Assembly: GCA_951406725.2 (NCBI GenBank)
Contig: OX597816.1
Coordinates: forward strand, 165,230,001-165,294,000
DNA from: Octopus vulgaris
Taxonomy: Eukaryota
Direction: 5' to 3'
Length of the DNA stretch: 64,000 bases
The notes under the pieces were generated by a model. The model worked only from the letters and a program-made list of their open reading frames with translations. It searched no databases and was not told the DNA's origin. The stretch's first letter is position 1. Each line of letters begins with the position of its first letter. Positions 15,416 through 27,049 of this stretch are shown here, one piece after another. A program made the position numbers and the translations under genes.

Positions 15416-16768
15416 GTATAATCACAACGATTAGGTCGAACGAAACAATCATTCTTTTGGTGAAATAAGAGGCCAACATTTTATCTTATGATTCAATTGC
15501 CTGACTGTAGTTTTGACAACAAAACAACCGGGCAATATATCAATCACTCCTAGAAATGCCATCCACCCCCCCATTCCCACCACCACTACCGCTTCCCATA
15601 AAATGCCACCACTGAACGCTTTGAAATAAATTTCTTTAAAAATAAAATTTATTTCTAAATATTCTGGAGGTGAATAGGGTATTCTGTTATTCTTGGGTTT
15701 TTTTTTTCACTTGTTCTAATCATTTGAGTGTGGCCACGCTGGAGCACCGCCTTAAAGTGTTTTAGTCGAGGAAATCGCCCCTAGGAGTTACTGTTTGTAA
15801 ACCATGTACTTATTCTATTAGTCAGTTTTTGTCGAACCGCTAGGTTACGGGAACGTAAACACACCTACATAGGTTGTCTAGTGATAATGGGTGGGTGGGC
15901 GGGCAAACACAAAGACATACACACACACACATATATATATATATTAACAGTTATCGCCAAGTTAATATGGCAGTCCATAAATATAGGACTAAAGCTGCCG
16001 TTGATTAGCTCCAAGCTCTCTTTTTTCCGCCCCCTTAGAAATTAATAATTACAAATTTCATCAATGGAGAAGATTTTTTAAAGACATCTGGTGAAAAATT
16101 GAAATACTTCAAGTGGTTGGAAAAAATTTAAGAAGATTCCGGCCCTTTGGACGTTCTGAATAGCACACCAAACAAAAAATTACTTTGAATTTTTTAATAG
16201 TGCAGCCCAACTTACAATGGGCCATATATCATGCGACCCGTTTCTCGAAAACAATTGCTTACGACTGGTATAAGCGTTTCAGGGTTATAAATATAATTTT
16301 ATCGTTTTGGTTGTCATTGCCTGGTGCTTGATGGCCAATGAAAATGGTATTAAGTTGTAATTCACAAGCCTTCTCTTTTCTCTTCTTTTTTTCTATAAGT
16401 GAAGTCCTTTAGCATTTCTAAATGGTTCCCATAAAACGGTAGAGTGGCTGTCATGTGTTGCTACGAGTTACGTTAAATAAGATCCTCGCCCATCAAGGAC
16501 GGAGTCTCTCAGCAAACGAGGGGGTTCACTAAGGCCCTTGAGGCGGAGAAGAGAAAAGAGCGGGGTTAGATGCTATTAAATATTCTAATAGCATTGGACG
16601 CCGCTTGTAGGGGAATTTCACCTCCTCCCCACTATTCTGCTTACCCTATCCATTCCCATCACTAGAATCTCAACAATAACTGTTACCAAGCAATTTCCCA
16701 TTCTGATCCATCTGGGCCAAATCAGTCATTCCGTTGACCACATTTTCTTCAATATATAAGATAAAAAA

Positions 16769-17750
16769 GGCGGCGAGTTGGCAGAAACGTTAGCACGCCG
16801 GGCGAAATGCTTAGCGGTATTTCGTCTGCCGTTATGTTCTGAGTTCAAATTCCGCCGAGGTCGACTTTGCCTTTCATACTTTCGGGGTCGATTAAATAAG
16901 TACCAGTTACGCACTGGGGTCGATATAATCGACTTTATCCGTTTGTCTGTCCTTGTTTGTCCTCTCTGTGTTTAGCCCCTTGTGGGCAGTGAAGAAATAG
17001 GTATTTCGTCCGCCTTTACGTTCTGAGTTCAAATTCCACCGAGGTCGACTTTGCCTTTCATCCTTTCGGGGTCGATTAAATAAGTACCAGTTACGCACTG
17101 GGGTCGATATAATCGACTTAATCCGTTTGTTTGTCCTTGTTTGTCCCCTCTGTGTTTAGCCCCTTGTGGGCAGTGAAGAAATAGGTATTTCGTCCGCCTT
17201 TACGTTCTGAGTCCAAATTCCACCGAGGTCGACTTTGCCTTTCATCCTTTCGGGGTTGATTAAATAAGTACCAGTTACGCACTGGGGATCGATATAATCG
17301 ACTTTATCCGTTTGTCTGTCCTTGTTTGTCCCCTCTGTGTGTAGCCCCTTGTGGGCAGTGAAGAAATAAGAAACGTTAGCACTCCAGGCGAAATGCTTAA
17401 CGGTATTTCGTCTGCCTTTACGTTCTGAGTTCAAATTCTGCCGAGGTCGGCTTTGCCTTTCATCCTTTCGGGGTCGATAAATTAAGTACCAGTTACGCAC
17501 TGGGGTCGATGTAATCGAATTAATACCAATGTCTATCCTTGTTTGTCCCCTCTATGTTTAGCCCCTTGTGGGTAATAAAGAAATAGGTATTTCGTCTGCC
17601 TTTACGTTCTGAGTTCAAATTCCGCCGAGGTCGACTTTCCCTTTCATCCTTTCGAGGTTGATAAATTAAGTGCCAGTTACGCACAGGGTTCGATCTAATC
17701 GACTGGCGCCCTCCCCCAAAGTTTCGGGCCTCGTGCCTACAGTAGAAAAG
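16769..17750 (+). mobile_element. Head-to-tail array of five OK-like SINE units
   Basis: First unit full length (GGCGGCGAGTTGGCAGAAACG; B box GAGTTCAAATT); following 5'-truncated units start at ~17001, 17185, 17370 and 17586. Confidence 0.92.
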
Positions 17751-18022
17751 AGTAGATAGAATAAAAAAAAGCAAACAAGTTTTATGAAATACTAATGAAA
17801 AACAGTTGATACTATATCTGTCTTTTATCTTTTACTTGTGTCAGTCATTGAACTGTGGCCATGTTGGAGCACCGTCTTGCAGTGTTTTAGTAGAACAGAT
17901 CAGCTGTAGCACTTTTTAAAAAGTTTAGTATTTATACTAACTGTCACTTTTGCCGACGCTACGTTACAGGGACGTAAACAAACGAACACATGTTATTGAC
18001 CGAGCAGAAACATAGGCATAAT

Positions 18023-18053
<31 letters not shown>

Positions 18054-18262
18054 ACATGCATACATATACATACATATATATATATACATGTGTGTGTATG
18101 TGTGTGTATGTATTATGTATGCATGTATGCATGCATGTATGTATGTATATATGCATGTATGTATGTGTATATTGTTGAAATTTACAGAAAAACAAAAGAC
18201 GAAGGCAGTTGTATGAACAACAAACAAGTGTATTAGTTTGACGCTCGGGAAAAAGAAAAAGT

Positions 18263-18298
18263 CTTTTACGTTTCGAGCTTACGCTCTTCAACAGAAAG
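18263..18298 (-). ncRNA. Minimal type I hammerhead-like motif (core variant CUGUUGA)
   Basis: CUUU-CUGUUGA-A-GAGC GUAA GCUC-GAAA-C-GUA-AAAG. Confidence 0.45.
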
Positions 18299-18341
18299 GA
18301 ATACGAAAAAATAAGATCCTCGCCCATCAAGGGCGGAGTCG

Positions 18342-18700
18342 ACAGGTGTTCAAAAAGTAACCGATCTTTGGGCACAAAAAAGTGCAATTTTGTGCATTTC
18401 ACAATTTTTAATCAAACCTTTTCAAAATACAACCCATCGGAGTTCACACTCTTTTCCTGGCGGTTCTGCCATTGCAGGTAACATCTCTGGAATGCTATGG
18501 GACTCTGCCGTCGCTTTTCTTATAATTTCCTCTCGTGATTCCAATCATTTCCCCTTCAACGTGGTATTCAGTTTGCGGAAGTGCAAGAAGTCACACAGTG
18601 CCAAGTCGGGAAAATAGGGAGCCTGTCAAATAAGTGGTGCGTTGTTCTTGGCCAGGAAAGCTCGGATTACAAGGTTTGTTCAAAAACTATCCCGCTTTAG
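18342..18700 (-). mobile_element. Mariner transposase C-terminal relic with TIR
   Basis: Minus translation [32 protein letters not shown], a decayed YSPDLAPCDF motif. Confidence 0.8.
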
Positions 18701-18723
18701 TTTTTTTCGCCGACATATATATA

Positions 18724-18765
<42 letters not shown>

Positions 18766-18822
18766 TATATATAAATAGATATATGCATACGCACACACGC
18801 ATATTTATGTATATATGTGTGC

Positions 18823-18871
<49 letters not shown>

Positions 18872-18928
18872 TATATATAAATAGATATATGCATACGCAC
18901 ACACGCATATTTATGTATATATGTGTGC

Positions 18929-18976
<48 letters not shown>

Positions 18977-19087
18977 TTTTATTGTTTTACTCGTTCGAAC
19001 CATTTTGACTGCGGCCATGTATATATACGTACATATATGTATAACAGCCTGCGTATATTCTAAACACTTTGTATGTTTCGCAGCCTA

Positions 19088-19941
19088 TACAAGGTGGCAC
19101 CAATAAGTTCCTGGACTAGTTCTGTAGTGCGCCAACAGATGGCGGCACACGGTTGCATGCACAGTGAGAGCTGACACTGACCTTCATGAGGCAGTGTGCC
19201 GAGTGACATCACTGTGTTTACTTCGCAAGTTGTGAAATTTGTGTTTTTGGGATCATGTGTATGCAATTTTGTCATGGGCAGAAACAAAGAGCCAACATGA
19301 AATTTTGCGTTAAACTTGAGAAGTCTGCTACAGAGACATCGAGCAAGCTTTGGCAAGCTTACGGCGATGAGGCAGTGGGTCGTACGCAATATTTTGAGCG
19401 GGGCAGGCGCTTCAAAAGCGATAGAGCGTCTCTGGAAGACTTACAACGAGCGTCAATCCCGGAAATGTGGTATAATGCATCGAGAATTTGTCTCTGAGAG
19501 CCCGACCGTCAACCGAGAATTCTACTGCAACGTTTTGAAGCGTTTGAGGGAGGAGATTCAGCGAAAGCGACCGGATCTTTGAAATGCCAAGAATTGGATT
19601 CTTCCCGATGACAATGCACCCTGTCACCAAGCTCTCCTCACTCGTGAGTTTCTCACCCAAAACAACATGGCATCTCTTCTGCACCCAGCCTACTCACCCG
19701 ATGTAGCACCTCTGGACTATAATCTCATCCCCAATATGAAAATGCAGCTCAGAGGTCGCCGTTGTCAAGATCTAGAGCGAATTGCAGAAAGTCCTCGACT
19801 CACTTGTGGCAGGAACATTGGTAGTGGTGTATTGCTGCGCAAGGTGACTACTTCGAAGGAGATGATGTTAAAACTCAGGTGAATAAGTTATTTTTTTTAG
19901 TAAACATAACTAGTCTAGGAACCATTTGATACCATTTCATA
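19088..19941 (+). mobile_element. Internally deleted mariner element with both TIRs and TA TSDs
   Basis: TIRs TA-CAAGGTGGCACCAATAAGTTCCTGGACTAGTT / AACTAGTCTAGGAACCATTTGATACCATTTCA-TA; HTH QRANMKFCVKL..SATET; TVNREFYCNVLKRLRE; DNAPCH; HPAYSPDVAP. Confidence 0.93.
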
Positions 19942-20200
19942 CATATTTCCTATACGATGTTTTACAGGTAATTTATATTCTACAGACGGTGCGTAGCTTC
20001 ACATAAATTTATGTTAATGTATACAAGTTAGAAATCAATATTTAAGAAATATTTCTATGACCGACAGCCAAATGTTATCTTCAGTAAATATGTTAGTTTG
20101 TTTCTACCGTGTTAATTTAACAAATTTGACATTTGAATTTAAAGTTCAAATTATTGCCGTAAATATAAATTACTATTTTCTCTCCATCAATACAAGAGGG

Positions 20201-20542
<342 letters not shown>

Positions 20543-20848
20543 CAGGGTTATTCAAAAAGAATGAACCGATTTCATTGCACAATATTTTCTTCAGTTTCCG
20601 TCTATCAAATCCACTCATGGCTTTGGTGGGCTCGAGGCTATAGAGAAAGACACTTGCCCAAAGTGTCATGCAGTGGTACTGAATCCAGAGCCAACTGGTT
20701 GAGAAACAAGCTTCTTTCCACACATGGTGAAAAGCAAGAAACAATACGATGGCATCTATTCATTCTTAATATATTCCGGTGGATTCGAACATTAATATGC
20801 TAATCGCTGGTGTGTTTTGTCATTGGGTAATAATTTCTTTGAGATAAA

Positions 20849-21245
20849 TCTTTATATATAAAAGTGAGGTTGTGTGCTGTCTGTCTCCTACGATTTAGAT
20901 TCCTAACTACTTCCACATTTTGCGGTGCAGTTTAACCAAAACCGGGTATCTTATAGTCGTGATTCATATCGAGCCCTTCTGGGTATTAGCGCGCTTCTAC
21001 GATGAGTCTACGATTAAAAAAAAAATTTACCATCAATTTTTCCCATTTTTAATGCATTTTTGGCATATATAAGGGAAGTAACTATCTAAAAATTAATTAT
21101 TAAATCTCAGAACGTAAAAAGCTACAGTAACCCCCCCCCCCTTGTGGTTAGCCATATTGAAATGGTTATTATACTTTACATCTCTAAAAATGCTTATATA
21201 GTTATTTCCCTTACAAACCCGAGCAACGCCGGGCGATACTGCTAG
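20849..21245 (+). mobile_element. Non-autonomous Helitron
   Basis: A|TC...hairpin...CTAG|T; same family as 6195. Confidence 0.88.
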
Positions 21246-23383
21246 TGTATATATAAAACACTCATTTTATTGAGATAGGAGGACTTCGGGACATCCGGTG
21301 TCTCGATCTTGGTTTGTTTCTTCAAAGTTACCCCAAGACTAATAAATCTAATGTTTGTAGCTGTTGTTTATAATTTCAGCAGACAAAATTATTTACCGAT
21401 GTACGCTGATATCCGCCTGCTAATAGTAAACCATGTGCACAGTGAACAGTGAGAATCAAGACGATGGCATATTCGTTCTTGATACGTTCTGGCAAATTCG
21501 AACGATAAAATTCTAATCGCTGATGTGGAGAGTAAATTTTTCTTTAAGACGAATGTGTGTTTATAACACAATTGATTCATTGCAGTAAGAGGACTCTGAG
21601 ACATCTGCTGTTTCGACCATGTATCTCGTTAGCCAGCACTACGCCCCACACGTCGCTTGAACACAGTTGTTGGTGTATTTACGTCCATGTAACTTAGCGG
21701 TTCGGCAAAAGGAACCGACAGAATAAGTATATGCCTAAGTACTGGGGTTGGTTCACTCGAATACTCAAGGTGGTGCCCCAGCATGCCCCCACAGTCTAAT
21801 GACTGAAACAAGTTAAAAATAGTTACAATATAAAAAACAAAAATAACGAAAACAAAGAATTATTTTTTTTAAAAACAAAATTTTATTCAAATAATCTGAA
21901 TATGAAATTTGGACCTAAGCCCAAAAGTATCTACATATCTTGATGATTTCTATATTTTATACAAAAAGAAAGTTCTGCGTTTCTCTATGGATGAAAGTTA
22001 GTAGAGAATTTTAGCGTCCCAAAACAGGCTACAGATTAAGAAAGAAAGAAAATTACTAAGTTGACCAATCATTGAATACGGTTTCTTCGTTCTATACTTA
22101 TAAAATTATGGACATCTAGTTCATTTATTGAATTTTTAAATATTTTTTAATTATATTTCAAGAAAAACGTTCTAAGATCTGAGTAAAATGAAGGTTTCAA
22201 AATTGGCATCATTTAGAATGCATCTTTGAGGAAAAAGAAAATTGTTATTACAATACAGTATTATAAGAGGCTGAAAGAGAGAGAGAGAGATTTTAGAGAG
22301 GAAACTTTGATTTTCTTTATAGATTCACATAAAACTATTTCATATTCAATTCTTGTTCAAGACTGATACCATTATACCTCTAACGTAACGCTTTTAAGAT
22401 GTAAACCTGCCGTGTTTAAAGAAAAAAAAAACTTCTTAGAACTACTATTGTTATCAATTAAATCAAAACAACCCCCCAAATCCCGAAAAAACATCAAAAT
22501 GAGCCCCCTGAACAAATTTTGAATAAAGAATCCATATTTCTAATGTTAATAATTAGAAATATTAATTATGCTGTCTAAAGTCATTTGACAAGCAAGCGTC
22601 TTAGTGAAAGGTTAATTATTTCTCTATATACAGGTATGTCATTTACCTTTTGACCCCAAATATTGGGAGTCAACAGATAAGAAGCACTGGAAAGGAATTT
22701 AATGTTTCTTTTCCCCAAAATTGTTAAATATCACAAGGAACCTTACCCACAATCTTAAGGGGAGAGAGGGGAAGATTCTTTTACTCATTAAGGTACAATA
22801 CCCTAGAATAATATAATACTCGTTTCAAACTTAGGAAAAATGTCACAGATTCTTAAAGGAGGGAACTATCAAATGAACTCCAGTGTATAACTGGTATGTT
22901 ACTTTATCAATCATAGAAGTGTTAATGACAAAGTGATCTCAACAGGATCCAAACGCAGAACGTAGAGACATACCTAAATACAAGATATTTTGTCGTGTAC
23001 CATTTCTTGATTTGATCCTTATTATATTTGTACTTCTCCAGCGTCCTTCCCCAGCCCCTAACCCCAATGAAAGATAGGAACAATGTCATAAAAAAAATTA
23101 ATCAAATTTTAATTATTACGATTCACTGAGTAGTAAAAAGAATTCGAACTGTATGACCAAATCTGAATTTTACCAATTTTTTTCCTAGATTATTCTCTCT
23201 AAAACACTACTATAGAGGCAAAGAATATATATTTGCAAGAGTGTATATGTATGTACGTGTGTTCAATATAAAATTATTAGCGACAGAAGCAGTTTCAATA
23301 CCAAAAGGTAATATTTATGCCACTTAGAAGTGGATGTGGCATTAAAACACGGAATACTGCGTTATTTGCCACGCTTCGAGCGT

Positions 23384-23430
23384 CTACCATTGACGAGGCC
23401 AAAGAAGGTCGAAATCACGTGATATGGTAG
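23384..23430 (+). ncRNA. Type I hammerhead ribozyme motif (C3->U)
   Basis: CUACCA-UUGACGA-GGCC AAAGAA GGUC-GAAA-UC ACGU GA-UA-UGGUAG: 6-bp stem I, 4-bp stem II, palindromic stem III, AUA site. Confidence 0.7.
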
Positions 23431-24839
23431 TCCCAGTGGCGATGGCAAAGCATTACCTCCCGCTAACTATACAAACAACAGTGCTTATATGCACTACAAG
23501 TCCATATGAAACGTTTTCTCTTGGTAAATAACGCAGTATCCAGTGTTCTAACAAAACATCCACTTTTAAGTGGGGATAAATACACACACATCACATGGTT
23601 CACGAAGCAAATATTTGTTAGTAGGCCCTCATCAAAACAGTTAAGAAGAATAATTAAAATAATTAAGAAGTACAAACGATTAGCTATTATGTACTTGAGT
23701 TCCTCAGCAAAAATTTGTGTAGAGAGTGGATAGAAATACTCGTTAAAAACTCGTAACATTGTATCTCAGACTAAGGTAAAGTTTAGAACTTAAGAAATAA
23801 AGAATTATCCAGTTATTTTCTAGTGTGATGAGTGCTGTATCATAATGATAATAATAGTTAGTTTGAAGCCAATCAGATAAAGCCACTCGTTGCTGTACAT
23901 GGTCGTGTTTCACACAAGCAACTTAATAGCATTATATATCGAGATGGTAAAAAAATATGGAAGATAGAGGTGATTAGTAAGTGCTCAAAGGTTAGAGATA
24001 AAGACTTAATTACTTCAGGTCTTCGATGAAAATGAAAGAGCATAAGCCCTTCCTATAACAAGCTGAATAAGATTTTAAGATTTAAGATGTTTTTATACTT
24101 AGAAGAGTTTTTGGGTGGAAAACAAAAAAGAATAAATTCCATATAATTTGGAATATTCTGAATAATAGAAAATATTTAATGTTTAGAAAAGAAAATCTTA
24201 ACTCAGATTATCATCACAATTGTTTAACTGTAATTAACGTTAGGGGTGTTTGTAGATACAGCATACCACGTGAGTACTGTCTCGAGGCCATGGAGTGTGA
24301 CTGAGATCATAGCATTCCTCCGGAACGGGACGCCAGTCCGTTGCGGGTAACTCACAACTGAGTGGACTGGAGCAACGTGAAATGAAATGTTTTACTCAAG
24401 AACACAACGTACCCCCAAGCTAGGGACTCGAACCTACAAACTTCCGATCGTGAGTACAACACCCTTACTACTAGGCTAAACACCTTCCGATGGACATGCA
24501 ATAACCTTGGAAGTCGTAGGGACAGCAGGGTAGGATTTTAAAAAAAAACCCAATTAGGTCCGTACTGAAAGTTTTGCTTCTTTTAATTATTTAACTGAAG
24601 GGATCACATACCGTAATCTAAATATTATTATAAAATGAAATTGTAACTGATACGTAAGTTATAAATTTTTTTCAAATAGCACAAATTCAGAACCTGTCCA
24701 ATATATATATGATCCAAAAGTTGCACTGGAAGGTGCGACTAGTTGCCAAAGGTTTGGGCACGTTAAATAATTTCACATTTCACTTGAGTTCGGCGAGTTT
24801 CAGAAATCCAGATATGTGAGTGTACCACGTCTGCACACC

Positions 24840-25360
24840 ATAAAGAAAAGGAATCGAGAAAACCTAATCAGTATTTATGGCTTATATAAAGCACACGTGT
24901 TTCAAAAAGCTGCCGCTATAATTTACTCAATTCAAAAGGCTTTGTTACACAAATGCACTGGCACACTTAAGCATTTATGGCAAAAGTACAACACAAAGAA
25001 TGATGCAGGTCCATGTATATACTAGCATGCAAATAAATAGTTAGGTTATCATAAAAGAAGGAAGCGAGATGGTAAAAAAGCATGTGTGAGTAGAGCAACA
25101 GAATGGAGGCTCTTACTTCCTTCACCATCGACTCCATTTCTCTTTTGACAACCTGATTACTTATTTGCATACAGGCGAATGTAAAGGCCAGCAAATTTGT
25201 GTTGTACTTTTACCAATAATACCGACGAAGTGTGCTGGCTGCATTAGTTGCAAAACAAGACCTTTAGGCTTGAATAATTTATGGTGACCGGTTTTCTGAA
25301 ACATGTGTACATTATATGAAACAAATATCAATTATGTTTAGTGTTCCTTTATATAGTTAA
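24840..25360. repeat. Diverged long inverted repeat (core), centre ~25100
   Basis: AAAAGTACAACACAAA/TTTGTGTTGTACTTTT, ATGCAAATAA/TTATTTGCAT, GCACACTT/AAGTGTGC and TGTTTCA/TGAAACA in colinear inverted order. Confidence 0.85.
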
Positions 25361-26749
25361 CTTGTGTGAGTAAAACAGTGAATTTGGAAGCACCTCTTAT
25401 TAAATCAACAAATCCTATCCAATAATCACAGAATTAGAGAATATTTCAGAACATTATTATTGAAATGTGTACAATGTGTGTGTATTGTAATATGTGTGTG
25501 TGTATGGAAGGTAGAAACTTTGAATAAAGTATCTAACACCAACTTACGATTATAGTTGAAATTTTGAAATAATACACTGAATAGTTGGGAAACTTGTTTA
25601 ACCTAAACACATGTTCCTATGTACATACAAACCAGTTTTCTCGAAGCATTGCTGGATATATAGAAAATAGAGTGCTTATAGAAAGAAGCTTTTTGCAACG
25701 GCCGTATAGTTGGAACATTAAACACCAAATAATAATATTAACAAAGATTTTGAAGAGTTACTTTAGAAATATTTAATTAGAATTGATATTTCAAGTAAAA
25801 TACTCCTCTTCAAAAGGAGATTTTTTTAAATTTGAAAAAGGTAATTTTTATCCAAAGCATTAGGACTAACAAAATGTCTTCAAGTAACAGTTAAATATCT
25901 TTGTTATCACTGATAATTAATGCTCCAACAAGATTGCCGGTCTTCCATAACAATTCTAAATGTGTGTCTGTTTCGTTTCTTAATATGTTTATTATAAACA
26001 CAATGAATGCATGTATTAACATAAAACTAGATATAGTTCCAATGAATCTAAGCAGATATCTTTTATTTCTGAGGGAAAAATAAAGACCCATAAACAATAA
26101 CAGTATCATAGCAGGAAGTAATGTTTACCAGTACTAAAAAAGGCCAGTCCATAACCCCTGCTTAAAATAAATTTGGCCAGTCAACAACTATAGTTCAAAC
26201 CAAAATAGTCCAAGTCTGAACACCAGTTTGCTGTTAACAAGACAATACACAGTTACTGTATAAGCCAAAAAAGCAGGATACATTTTTTGTTTATAGAGAA
26301 GGAAAAAAAAAAAAAACAAAAACAGAAAGATACAAATGGGATGTAACATTTTCTAAAAGATGTAAGAGCAGGTTGTAACTTCAGCTAATCGCAAAAATAG
26401 ACTGTAGAGCTTGTAATATGTAAGAGAGTTCTGTTAGAAGCTAAACAGGATGGGCTGTATAGATTCCTCAAAATAGGACAAGATCTGTCTTACACAAATG
26501 TTAATAAAAGAGACATGAAAATGCTAAAAGTTTAGCGACAAGAGTAACTAAATCAATGCTCAATAGCATTAGTAAATATCAACTAAACTAGCTTTTTATG
26601 TGAATGAGCATTCTGAAAGAGTGTTCAGAAATAAAATTCGATTCACATCATAAAAGAAAGTACAAAGATTATATATATATAAGAGAAAAAGAGATTACAA
26701 AGCTAAGGCTGTGAGGAGTTTTCAGGACATTTGTAGGGAAAGAGATATA

Positions 26750-26797
26750 GACTTACAGCTGTTTCTGGGATATTATGGATATCCCTTCATCAGAGAC
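26750..26797 (-). ncRNA. Type I hammerhead ribozyme motif (left arm of a fold-back)
   Basis: GUCU-CUGAUGA-A-GGGAUAU CCAUA AUAUCCC-A-GAAA-CAGCU-GUA-AGUC; weak stem I. Confidence 0.6.
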
Positions 26798-27001
26798 AAT
26801 GCGAGAGGGTAAAATAGAGGTAAATGTTTGAGTTCAAAATAAGGAATTATGGAAAAGGTGATAGAGAATATAGAGGCAAATAAGAGAATGAAAGTAGAAA
26901 TATTTCTACATTTATTCCCCTATTTTCCTCAATATTCCCTATCTCCTCCTTTTCCATAATAATTCCTTATTTTGAACTCAAACATTTACCCCTCTCACAT
27001 C

Positions 27002-27049
27002 GTCTCTGATGAAGGGATATCCATAATGTCCCAGAAACAGCTGTAAGAC
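27002..27049 (+). ncRNA. Type I hammerhead ribozyme motif (right arm of a fold-back)
   Basis: GUCU-CUGAUGA-A-GGGAUAU CCAUA AUGUCCC-A-GAAA-CAGCU-GUA-AGAC. Confidence 0.72.

Noticed and set aside
15945-16690. Possible element bounded by TAACAGTTAT/ATAACTGTTA, sharing 28 nt with ~18312
   Set aside because: Termini too short and no TSD or coding evidence to support a call.
16769-17750. Regular repeats as a CRISPR-like array or tRNA gene cluster
   Set aside because: Units are whole SINE bodies; heads have A/B boxes but no complete cloverleaf.
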